From Bdellovibrionales bacterium (GTDB lineage Bacteria; Bdellovibrionota; Bdellovibrionia; Bdellovibrionales; UBA1609): a stretch of 64,000 nt of DNA. A model generated the notes under the pieces. It searched no databases. It worked only from the letters and a program-made list of their open reading frames with translations, and was not told the DNA's origin. Numbering within the stretch: the first letter of the stretch is position 1; every line of letters starts with the position of its first letter. This document shows positions 19,859 to 30,091 of this stretch, piece by piece. Location of the stretch: positions 1 through 64,000 of the forward strand of contig DAHVQG010000010.1 of assembly GCA_027317865.1 (NCBI GenBank), read 5' to 3'. The position numbers and the translations under genes are program-made.

Positions 19859-21319
19859 ATGGAGAAAATAAAAAATTACATAGGCGGCGAATTCACCGAC
19901 CCAAGTTCAGGCCGCTATATAGAAAATTTCAATCCGTCACGTGGAGCGGCCTATTCGCGCGTTGCGGGCTCGAATGAAAATGACGTCAAATTGGCCTTTG
20001 CGGCGGCTCAAGCGGCGCAACCGGCCTGGGCGGCATTGCCTGTTGAAGAGCGTGCGCGGTATTTGCGGGCGCTAAGCGAGGCCATTCTAGAACAGTTAGA
20101 TGAACTTGCGCGAGCCGAATCGATTGATAATGGCAAGCCGATTCGGCTGTCACGAAGCCTTGATATCCCGCGAAGTGCAAAAAACTTGCGCTTTTTTGCC
20201 GATGCCATCACGCAATTTCACGGCGAGTTTTTTCGCGACGACAGTTCAACGAGCGCGGTTACTTATTCTCCACTCGGTGTTGTGGCAACGATTTCACCGT
20301 GGAATTTGCCGCTGTATCTGTTGACCTGGAAGATCGCCCCCGCGCTCGCCGCCGGCAACGCGGTTATTGCAAAACCGTCTGAGGTAACACCTTATACTGC
20401 CTTTATGCTTGCAAAAATCGCGCGCGATGTGGGTTTTCCGGCTGGAGTTCTTAATATCGTTCACGGCGAAGGCGCTGACGTGGGTGCCGCTCTGGTAAAA
20501 CATCCAGGCATAAAAGCGATTTCATTTACCGGCAGTACGGCGACGGGGCGGCAAATTGCCCAAATGGCGGCAGGGGATTTTAAAAAATACTCGCTTGAGA
20601 TGGGCGGCAAAAACCCCAATATTATTTTTGCCGATTGTGACTTTGAGAAAGCGCTTGAAACAACGATGCGCGCGACGTTTGCCAATCAAGGGCAGATTTG
20701 TCTATGTGGCTCGCGCATTTTAATTGAAAAAGAAATTTATGAGAAATTTCGCGATGGGCTTGTTGAACGTGCCAAGGCTTTGCGATTGGGTGATCCGCTA
20801 AATGATTCGACCGAACAGGGCGCCGTGGTTTCAGAGCCACATATGAAAAAAATCCTTCACTATATTGAACTTGCCAAAAAAGAAGGCGGTAAAATTCTAT
20901 GTGGGGGCGAGCGCGCTATTTTGCCGGGCGAATTAAAAAACGGTTATTTTATTCAACCTACGCTTATCGAAGGCCTCAAACCAAATTCGTCGTGTAATCA
21001 AGATGAAATTTTTGGCCCCGTTGCGACCCTTATACCTTTTGAAAATGAAAATGAAGCGATCGAGATTGCAAACGGCACGCGCTACGGCCTATCAGCAAGT
21101 CTCTGGTCAAATGATGTGAGTCGATGTGATCGCGTTGCCAACGCCCTGAATGCGGGGGTCGTGTGGATCAACAGTTGGATGGTGCGTGATCTACGCACGC
21201 CATTTGGTGGCGTTAAAGAATCGGGAGTGGGGCGTGAAGGTGGGGAGCTGGCATTGCGGTTTTTTTCAGAAGTAAAAACAATCAGCCGGCCAAATGGGCA
21301 AGGCCAATCGAAAGCGTAA
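19859..21319 (+). CDS. Aldehyde dehydrogenase, 2-aminomuconate-6-semialdehyde dehydrogenase type
   Basis: ISPWNLPLYLLTWKIAPALA, LEMGGKNP, NQGQICLCGSR, RDLRTPFGG; pathway context. Confidence 0.88.
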   Translation: MEKIKNYIGGEFTDPSSGRYIENFNPSRGAAYSRVAGSNENDVKLAFAAAQAAQPAWAALPVEERARYLRALSEAILEQLDELARAESIDNGKPIRLSRSLDIPRSAKNLRFFADAITQFHGEFFRDDSSTSAVTYSPLGVVATISPWNLPLYLLTWKIAPALAAGNAVIAKPSEVTPYTAFMLAKIARDVGFPAGVLNIVHGEGADVGAALVKHPGIKAISFTGSTATGRQIAQMAAGDFKKYSLEMGGKNPNIIFADCDFEKALETTMRATFANQGQICLCGSRILIEKEIYEKFRDGLVERAKALRLGDPLNDSTEQGAVVSEPHMKKILHYIELAKKEGGKILCGGERAILPGELKNGYFIQPTLIEGLKPNSSCNQDEIFGPVATLIPFENENEAIEIANGTRYGLSASLWSNDVSRCDRVANALNAGVVWINSWMVRDLRTPFGGVKESGVGREGGELALRFFSEVKTISRPNGQGQSKA

Positions 21320-21382
21320 AGCGCAGGTGAAGCTGAGGGTGAAGGTGCCAGTGAAAGTAAAATTGAAAGTGAACATAAAGCG

Positions 21383-21829
21383 ATGAGTAATGAGCGTGTC
21401 GTGATTGATTCGAAAAAAGCGCCGGAACCTGTCGGCATGTACCCTCACGCAAGACGGGTGGGTGATTTTTTATTTCTATCGGGTGTCGGCCCACGGGTAC
21501 GCGGGCAAAAAGAAATCCCGAGCGGCATCAAAGCTCAGTGCGAGAGTGTGTTTAAAAATATAAAAATGATCCTCGAAGAGGCGGGCTTTAAGTGGGAAGA
21601 CCTGATTGATGTCACCGTTTTTTTAACTGACATGAAACGCGACTTTGAGACCTATAATGAAATGTACGCCGAATATTTTAAAACGAATAAACCTTGCCGT
21701 ACGACGGTGGAAGTCAATCGGCTCCCGACGCCGATTGCGATTGAACTCAAATGTATCGCGGCAAAAAATCAAGGTGCGGCAAATGATACTGGCGAATCCA
21801 GTGACGCGAGAAATGAGATGAAAAAATGA
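21383..21829 (+). CDS. RidA-family protein, probable 2-aminomuconate deaminase
   Basis: [30 protein letters not shown]; context. Confidence 0.85.
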   Translation: MSNERVVIDSKKAPEPVGMYPHARRVGDFLFLSGVGPRVRGQKEIPSGIKAQCESVFKNIKMILEEAGFKWEDLIDVTVFLTDMKRDFETYNEMYAEYFKTNKPCRTTVEVNRLPTPIAIELKCIAAKNQGAANDTGESSDARNEMKK

Positions 21830-22338
21830 GTCAGACGCTTTCAGCCATCCCACTACAAAAATGGATCAACGAAAACCGCGAGGCACTCAAGCCGCCGGTG
21901 GGTAACAAAGTCATTTGGAAGGATCGCGAATTCATCGTCATGGCCGTCGGCGGACCAAATGTGCGCACGGACTATCACTACAATGAAGGCGAAGAACTTT
22001 TTTATCAAGTCGAAGGCACAATCACTTTAAAAGTGGTTCACAGCAATGAATTTCAAGATATTAAAATTGCGCCGGGGGATATTTTTCTACTCCCGCCAAA
22101 AACGCCGCATTCACCGCAACGACCGGCGGGCAGTGTGGGTCTTGTTGTCGAGCGCATCCGCCGCCCTGGTGAACAAGATGGACTTTTATGGTTTTGCAAA
22201 AAATGTCATCATCGTTTGTATGAAGAGTATTTTGCGCTTACCAACATTGAAACGCAGTTCCCGGCGGTTTTTGACCGCTTCTACGGGAGTGAGCACACAA
22301 CTTGCCCGAAATGCGGTGAGTTCAATGGGCGCGCATGA
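21826..22338 (+). CDS. nbaC: 3-hydroxyanthranilate 3,4-dioxygenase
   Basis: [30 protein letters not shown], two CxxC motifs. Confidence 0.93.
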   Translation: MSQTLSAIPLQKWINENREALKPPVGNKVIWKDREFIVMAVGGPNVRTDYHYNEGEELFYQVEGTITLKVVHSNEFQDIKIAPGDIFLLPPKTPHSPQRPAGSVGLVVERIRRPGEQDGLLWFCKKCHHRLYEEYFALTNIETQFPAVFDRFYGSEHTTCPKCGEFNGRA

Positions 22339-23360
22339 AAGCAATTGATATTCACACGCACATTTTGCCGCCTGAAATTCCAAAATTTCGCGATCAATTC
22401 GGTTATGGCGGATTCATCGAATATCGTTGTGAAGCGGGCGGCGGGGGGGCGAGTTGCCGGCACGTTGACATGTACTACGATTCGGGTTCATTTTTTCGCC
22501 GTGTAAAACCCAACGCCTTTGACGCAAAAGAACGGCTTAAAGAGTGCGACGCGTGCACGGTTCAACTTCAGGTGCTCTCGACTGTGCCCGTGATGTTTTC
22601 GTATTGGGCGAAACCTCGCGACGGCCACTATGTTTCACAGTTTTTAAACGATCATTTGGCAAAGGTCATTTCTGAGCATCCCGCTCGTTTTCTTGGCCTT
22701 GCAACTGTTCCCATGCAAGATGCAAAATTGGCCGTCAAAGAAGCCAAGCGCGCAAAAGAAACGCTTGGGCTTACGGGCTTTCAAATTGGCTCGAACATAA
22801 ATCAAATCAATTTGTCTGACCCGCAGTTTTTTCCGTTTTACGAAGCGTGCGAGGCGATGAATGCGCCAATTTTTGTGCACCCGTGGGATATGATGGGCAA
22901 AAAAGAAATGCCTCAATATTGGCTGCCGTGGCTGGTGGGTATGCCGGCTGAAACATCGCGCGCAATTTGCAGTCTAATTTTTGGCGGAGTGATGAGTCGC
23001 TTTCCGAAACTGCGGTTTGCATTTGCCCATGGCGGAGGTTCGTTTGCCATGACTCACGGTCGCATCGCGCACGGGTTTCAGATGCGTCCTGATTTATGCG
23101 CCACCGAATGCGCTGAAAATCCGGATCATTTTATCGGCCATTTTTTTGTCGATAGTCTTGTTCATGATGTCGAAACTCTGCGCTTTATTGTTCAGCTTTT
23201 TGGTGCGAGCCGCGTTTGTTTGGGGAGTGATTATCCGTTCCCGCTAGGTGAAACAAAACCGGGCGATTTAATTCGCTCAGGTGAGTTTACAAAAGAAGTT
23301 GAAGAGCAACTGTTAACCCTTTCAGCACTTGAATGGCTCGGAATTGAAGCCTTGCCGTAA
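22335..23360 (+). CDS. nbaD: 2-amino-3-carboxymuconate-6-semialdehyde decarboxylase (ACMSD)
   Basis: [47 protein letters not shown]. Confidence 0.92.
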   Translation: MKAIDIHTHILPPEIPKFRDQFGYGGFIEYRCEAGGGGASCRHVDMYYDSGSFFRRVKPNAFDAKERLKECDACTVQLQVLSTVPVMFSYWAKPRDGHYVSQFLNDHLAKVISEHPARFLGLATVPMQDAKLAVKEAKRAKETLGLTGFQIGSNINQINLSDPQFFPFYEACEAMNAPIFVHPWDMMGKKEMPQYWLPWLVGMPAETSRAICSLIFGGVMSRFPKLRFAFAHGGGSFAMTHGRIAHGFQMRPDLCATECAENPDHFIGHFFVDSLVHDVETLRFIVQLFGASRVCLGSDYPFPLGETKPGDLIRSGEFTKEVEEQLLTLSALEWLGIEALP

Positions 23361-23382
23361 ATGGCTATGGTTGGAGGTATAA

Positions 23383-24120
23383 ATGGATCTCAATCTTAAA
23401 GAGAAATGCGCGCTCGTTTTTGGTTCATCGATGGGCATCGGTCGAGGCATTGCCGAAGTGCTCATCCGCGAAGGGGCGTCAGTCGGGCTGCTTGCGCGGC
23501 ATGCGGCGGAGCTTGAAAAAGTTAAAAGTGAAATTGGCGCCAAGGCGGCATATTACGCCGATCTTACAAAGCCAGGAGTTGCGCGAGATACGGTACAGAA
23601 ATTTATTCGCGATTTTGGCCGCCTTGACATTCTTGTCACCAATACCGGCGGACCCGCGCGGGGAGGGTTTTTGGATGTTCCAGAAAAACAATGGCGAGAC
23701 GATTTTCAAAGCCTTTGGATGAGTGTTGTTGAAGCGTTAAACGAAGCCTTGCCGGCTATGAAAAAACAAAAATTTGGCCGAGTGATTATGATTACATCTT
23801 TGGCTGCGGTTGAACCGATTGCTGGTCTTACGACTTCAAACGGGTTTCGTGCCGGTCTTACGGGGCTTTGCAAGTCAATTAGCAACGAAGTGGCTTCGTT
23901 TGGTATTACAGTTAATACCATTCGGCCCGGTTACATCAACACAAGACGGATTCAAGAAAACAAGTGGTCACCTGAAAAAATTCGCGAGATGGTGCCCGCC
24001 GGGCGGCTGGGTGAGCCGCAGGAGCTTGGGGAGCTGGCCGCGTTTTTAGCGTCAGAAAAGGCGGCCTACATCACCGGCCAATCGATTGCCGTCGACGGAG
24101 GCCGCCTGAGGGGGCACTAG
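23383..24120 (+). CDS. Short-chain dehydrogenase/reductase, substrate unknown
   Basis: GSSMGIG, DILVTNTGGP, ITGQSIAVDGG; SNGFR in place of YxxxK; RBS GGAGG. Confidence 0.85.
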   Translation: MDLNLKEKCALVFGSSMGIGRGIAEVLIREGASVGLLARHAAELEKVKSEIGAKAAYYADLTKPGVARDTVQKFIRDFGRLDILVTNTGGPARGGFLDVPEKQWRDDFQSLWMSVVEALNEALPAMKKQKFGRVIMITSLAAVEPIAGLTTSNGFRAGLTGLCKSISNEVASFGITVNTIRPGYINTRRIQENKWSPEKIREMVPAGRLGEPQELGELAAFLASEKAAYITGQSIAVDGGRLRGH

Positions 24121-25886
24121 GCGGCTGCGACACTTGAGATTGAACTATCAATTTCGGATAAGAGTTGTTCTACAAGTTCGGCAAGCTCGTTAAATTTCAG
24201 GTGAATGGCGTTCCAATCCCCACGGTGAATGGCCGAGGTTAAATTCTGGCAGAGGTTGACTCCGTCAGAACACATAATGATCGCAAATTCGCCTTGCATT
24301 TTGTGAATGGCCAAAGCGAGCTCCTTCAAATTACCGTTTGAGATGGCGGCGGCGATATGGTCCGCTTCAACTGAAAAAACCGCCGCAGCGTTAACAAGAA
24401 CATTTCGGCACATGACAAAATTACCGCCAAATTGGTTGCTTAAATCGATTAAATTTAATAGCGGAGTGGACGTAGTCGCCTGCCCTTTTAGACGGCCAAA
24501 ATCGGCTTCGACAGGTTCGCTTTTTATTTTTTCGATAGTCTCTGGATTCGTTTCTGCAGTCGTGCCGTGCAGTTCGCGGGCCTCATAAATTCGCTCAAGT
24601 ATGCGCTTGAGATCTTCAAGATGCGCCGGCTTTGCTATCAGGTCAAAGAGCCCTAAGGCGCGGGCCTTGTCGTAGTCTTGTTGCCGGCAATATGAGGTCA
24701 AGGCCACAATCTGCGGCTTATTGTGTAGGGCCAATTCATTAAGAATGATTTTTGAGGCTTGCCAACCGTCCATGCCAGGCATCTCGATATCCATAAATAT
24801 AACGTCGTAGCAATTTTTTTGGGCCAACGTGATCGCGTCGTTGCCATTACTCACGTTTGTTGCCGAAATGTCGAGCGCCGTAAGAATTGTCGCCACAACT
24901 TTTGCAGTGATCGCGTCATCATCCACGACAAGCGCCGACAGGGGGCGTCTGTGGGTTTTAATTCTTGAGGAATTTTCAAAATGCTCCTCAAGTTCAAGTT
25001 CTTGATTTTGAATGGGCGCAAACGGTACTGTTAAAGTGAAGCGCGCGCCGCCGCCCGTCTTTGACTCGACGTTAAACTGCGCGCCCAATACCCGGCTTAA
25101 TTGTTGAATCAAAAAGAAGCCAAGCCCCTGGCGTTCGTTACGCCAAGAAATCTTTTTGGGCATGCGCCCAAGTTTCATTAAATTTGACATTTGCTCGGAC
25201 GATAGCCCCGGGCCGTAATCCGACACCGTAAAAACGATTTGATTTTTATCTGAACTGTTAAACGAAATGTGCAAAACCACGCGATAGCCGCCGCCGAAGC
25301 GTGCGGCATTATCGATGATTTCGGCAAGCGCCTTTGTCACGAGTCGGCCATCCGCCATGATCTCTGAATAGCCCGACCCCTCCCAATGCTCAGAAATCGC
25401 GACGTCGCGATTGTTACCTTGCTCGAGCGCCGTTGCAATGGCGCCTTGAACGATCGATTTAACGTTTGTCCTTTGCGGCCGCGCCTGAAGGGTATCTTGT
25501 GCGAGCTCTGAAAAAAACTGTAACCGGTCGAGCTGGTGAATTAAGTGCCGAGCACAAAAGTCAGCGATCTCAAAGTATTCTTTAGCCTCATCCGGGCTTG
25601 AATCTTGCGCGAATAAATCCTGTATGCCGACAAGTCCCTGCAGGGGCCGTCTCAGATTCATGATGTGGTCGATAACGATACGATGGGTTGCGTTTGACGC
25701 CTTTGAAATATCACGATCAGTTACGAGCCATCCATAAATATTAAATAGAAATGCGACGCCCATAAGGGCAATTATCGAAATTGTGGCATATTGAGCGTGA
25801 AGTCGAATGCCGAACGCGGCAATGGCAATCGCTGCGGCAGCGAGCGCAATGTTAATCAGCGCATAGACTTTTGCACGAGTCCTCAC
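24117..25886 (-). CDS. Membrane hybrid sensor: HATPase + receiver + HPt, degenerate H-box
   Basis: Two N-terminal TM helices; IIDNAARF, VSDYGPG, GLG; receiver LVVDDD...FMDIEMP...KP; HPt-like IHKMQG. Confidence 0.8.
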   Translation of the reverse strand: MRTRAKVYALINIALAAAAIAIAAFGIRLHAQYATISIIALMGVAFLFNIYGWLVTDRDISKASNATHRIVIDHIMNLRRPLQGLVGIQDLFAQDSSPDEAKEYFEIADFCARHLIHQLDRLQFFSELAQDTLQARPQRTNVKSIVQGAIATALEQGNNRDVAISEHWEGSGYSEIMADGRLVTKALAEIIDNAARFGGGYRVVLHISFNSSDKNQIVFTVSDYGPGLSSEQMSNLMKLGRMPKKISWRNERQGLGFFLIQQLSRVLGAQFNVESKTGGGARFTLTVPFAPIQNQELELEEHFENSSRIKTHRRPLSALVVDDDAITAKVVATILTALDISATNVSNGNDAITLAQKNCYDVIFMDIEMPGMDGWQASKIILNELALHNKPQIVALTSYCRQQDYDKARALGLFDLIAKPAHLEDLKRILERIYEARELHGTTAETNPETIEKIKSEPVEADFGRLKGQATTSTPLLNLIDLSNQFGGNFVMCRNVLVNAAAVFSVEADHIAAAISNGNLKELALAIHKMQGEFAIIMCSDGVNLCQNLTSAIHRGDWNAIHLKFNELAELVEQLLSEIDSSISSVAAA

Positions 25887-26079
25887 AAACGTACCCCTTT
25901 ATTAGCGGACACCCTTATTTTAGTAAATTTAAGGCCCTTTGTCGTGTTTTCGCTAAAAGTGTCTCAACTTGATTTGTTGAGTGTTTCATTTTGATTTTGA
26001 TGTTTCAAAATGAGCCGCGGCCCTAAGCGTTGAGGGAGCGCGGTTTTAAAATTGAGCGCGAACGGCCGATGAAAATTAC

Positions 26080-26598
26080 ATGTTGCATTTCAAAAGTTTA
26101 ATTGTTGTTGCGGTCTTAGCTTTGGTGCTTGACGGGTGCGCGTCGAGCCCGCGCTTTCGTCCGGCGACGCAAGCCTTGCTCCCGACCAATCGCGGAGTAT
26201 CCCAATTTTTTCACGATTTAAGTACAAAACTTCGGCAGCACAAGTACAAAATTGTGAACGATGATCCAACGGCGGGGATTCTTCTCACGGCGCCCAGACA
26301 ATTTTCGTTTATCGATCGCGGTCGGCAAATGGTTGCAAATCAGCGGGTTGAAATTCATCAAGAGGGTGGGGCGGTCAAATTGCGGCTATCGTATAAGTGC
26401 AATTATTCCGGTGACGGTCATACGTTTACGCCTTGTTTGGCTAATGACGCCGACGCCGTAAAAAAGATTGCGCGCGTCGACAAGGCCTTTATAGGGCTAT
26501 TAAAACCGATTTTGCGACGGCCGCAGACGGGCCACAAAACTGCGCAGCCAGCGGCGAAACATAACCCTTGGACTTCGTGGGGCGCGGCAGCCCAATAG
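26080..26598 (+). CDS. Hypothetical lipoprotein
   Basis: Signal peptide with LDGC lipobox-like motif. Confidence 0.65.
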   Translation: MLHFKSLIVVAVLALVLDGCASSPRFRPATQALLPTNRGVSQFFHDLSTKLRQHKYKIVNDDPTAGILLTAPRQFSFIDRGRQMVANQRVEIHQEGGAVKLRLSYKCNYSGDGHTFTPCLANDADAVKKIARVDKAFIGLLKPILRRPQTGHKTAQPAAKHNPWTSWGAAAQ

Positions 26599-27316
26599 CT
26601 AATATGTAGCTGATAAGGCGACAACTCACAGGTGAGTTGTCGAGAGTACAAGTTTCAGACGAGTGTTTTTGGGTTTTGTTTTTGCCGATAAAAGTAAATG
26701 CTCCCGAATGTTCCGCGTGACCCAGGTAAAGTGTGAAAGCATCGGCGGCGCTTTTAATTACAAATTGTTGGTTATTCTCGGCGCCATAAACAACCGTTTC
26801 TTCTAGATTTAGCACAATTTGTTTTTTGTCGGATGTCGTAATTAAAATTTGCTTGCGATCTTTAATTTGATCGGTTTTAGAGTCAGGGCTTGTCTCGACA
26901 GTTCGTTCGAAAATAGCGGCCGACCGCACGGTTAGTTTGCTTTTCAATTGAGAAGAAACCACGCTCATTTTTGCAACGCGATCAAATTCATTTTGATAAC
27001 TCGTGCTGCCGGCGTAACTTATTGGACAATTGAATCCGCCGATTTTAAAAGTTCCGCCACTAGGGGATTCGCTTTTTTCAATTTGGCAGCTTTTTGCCAT
27101 TTGAGCGATCGCGCGCGCAAGCGCCGAGGCGTTCGGGTTATTAAAACCCAAAATCAACCCCTTTGCGTCTTGAAGATTGTGCTCTCCGTTGAATGCATCA
27201 TGCAATGTTTTGGCGTCGGTGTTTGAAATTAGATTTATTGTAAAAGCGTGGGCTTGAAATCCGAGCACACAAACAAAAAGACCAAGTCCCAGCCAAAATT
27301 TATTGAAACTGCGCAT
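26489..27316 (-). CDS. Hypothetical secreted protein
   Basis: ATG at 27316 after GAGGA; signal peptide MRSFNKFWLGLGLFVCVLGFQAHA; 3' end overlaps the convergent gene. Confidence 0.65.
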   Translation of the reverse strand: MRSFNKFWLGLGLFVCVLGFQAHAFTINLISNTDAKTLHDAFNGEHNLQDAKGLILGFNNPNASALARAIAQMAKSCQIEKSESPSGGTFKIGGFNCPISYAGSTSYQNEFDRVAKMSVVSSQLKSKLTVRSAAIFERTVETSPDSKTDQIKDRKQILITTSDKKQIVLNLEETVVYGAENNQQFVIKSAADAFTLYLGHAEHSGAFTFIGKNKTQKHSSETCTLDNSPVSCRLISYILAIGLPRPTKSKGYVSPLAAQFCGPSAAVAKSVLIAL

Positions 27317-27502
27317 TTTATCCTCAGACGGAAAAGCGAGCGTCTTGGTTAGAAAGCCTAGCGTGGCAAAAAATGCGGGACAATAAAAACTACACACCCA
27401 TGAAAAAACAGCGGTGTCGTTATTGCGCCCAGCCAGTGACCGATTTGAGCCGTGATTTCGCAAAATCGTTGCGTGATTTGGGGATAAATAAGCGAATGTC
27501 AT

Positions 27503-27518
27503 TGGCATAGATGTTGCG
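27503..27518 (+). promoter_or_regulatory. Sigma54-type -24/-12 promoter
   Basis: TGGCATAGATGTTGCG: GG and GC at canonical spacing, about 40 bp upstream of the ATG at 27556. Confidence 0.65.
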
Positions 27519-27555
27519 GTGCAGCAATGAGACAGATGGGAGTTGCGGTAGAACA

Positions 27556-28020
27556 ATGAAAAATTTTCGAATATTTGCCCTCGCGTTTTTGCTGATTGCA
27601 CTCGCCGATTTGAGCCATGCAAGCGCTGCGGAATTATCGCGCCCCATGGTTGGCTCAAAGCAAATCCTGACCTTCACACAATGGAAGAAGCACGAAGTTT
27701 CAAGTGCCAATGAGAGAATTGCCCGGTTGAACAATGAGATTTCACAACTTCGGCGCGAAAATGGAGATCACTTTCAGGGCATCAAACCGCTTGCGCGCCA
27801 GCTCCAAAGTGCCGTCGCTGCGGCGAGTGTCGTACAAAAGCTGACGGCTGACGATTATATCAATGTCTACTTAAGCCATTTAAAGCCGGCTCCGGCGATG
27901 CTTCAAAAGATTGCAAAATCCCTTACAAAAAATGAAATTGCGGATCTGCTCAAAAGCTATTTTAAGTCGCGAAATAATGCGGCAGGGGGCATGACCTCGG
28001 TCCGGATCGCGGCGTATTAA
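27556..28020 (+). CDS. Hypothetical secreted protein with coiled-coil segment
   Basis: Signal peptide MKNFRIFALAFLLIALADLSHASA; heptad ERIARLNNEISQLRRE. Confidence 0.7.
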   Translation: MKNFRIFALAFLLIALADLSHASAAELSRPMVGSKQILTFTQWKKHEVSSANERIARLNNEISQLRRENGDHFQGIKPLARQLQSAVAAASVVQKLTADDYINVYLSHLKPAPAMLQKIAKSLTKNEIADLLKSYFKSRNNAAGGMTSVRIAAY

Positions 28021-28040
28021 TAAAAATTGCTCCAAGGCGC

Positions 28041-28068
28041 CTTGACAGCTTAAAAGGCAAGTCCATAT
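28041..28068 (+). promoter_or_regulatory. Probable groESL promoter (sigma32-like)
   Basis: CTTGAC-N14-GTCCATAT resembles CTTGAA...CCCCATNT upstream of groES. Confidence 0.5.
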
Positions 28069-28128
28069 TAAGTGGCGCTTTAGAATATTTTATAGAATCG
28101 ATAAACGAAACCTTAGGAGGTTCAATTT

Positions 28129-28440
28129 ATGGCGAAGGCAACATCTTCAGAAATAAAAGTTCGCCCCTTACACGACCGTATTCTTGTGCGTCGGTTACAA
28201 GAAGACGAAAAAACGGCGGGCGGAATAATCATTCCCGAATCGGCTAAAGAAAAACCGCAACGTGGTGAAGTTGTGGCAACAGGTAAAGGCCGAGTTACCG
28301 AAGACGGCAAAACCTTGCCTCTCGAAGTGCGTGCTGGCGACACCGTTCTTTTTGCCAAGTATTCTGGCACCGAACTTAAACTCGACGGGCATGAATATTT
28401 GATGATGCGCGAAGAAGACGTTTTAGGCGTATTGAATTAA
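28129..28440 (+). CDS. groES: Co-chaperonin GroES
   Basis: [40 protein letters not shown]. Confidence 0.98.
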   Translation: MAKATSSEIKVRPLHDRILVRRLQEDEKTAGGIIIPESAKEKPQRGEVVATGKGRVTEDGKTLPLEVRAGDTVLFAKYSGTELKLDGHEYLMMREEDVLGVLN

Positions 28441-28459
28441 TTCGAACAAATAGAGGTAA

Positions 28460-30091
<1,632 letters not shown>

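Noticed and set aside
27317-27658. N-terminal extension of ORF 26489..27658
   Set aside because: Overlaps the divergent gene and its sigma54 promoter; RBS and signal peptide point to the ATG at 27316
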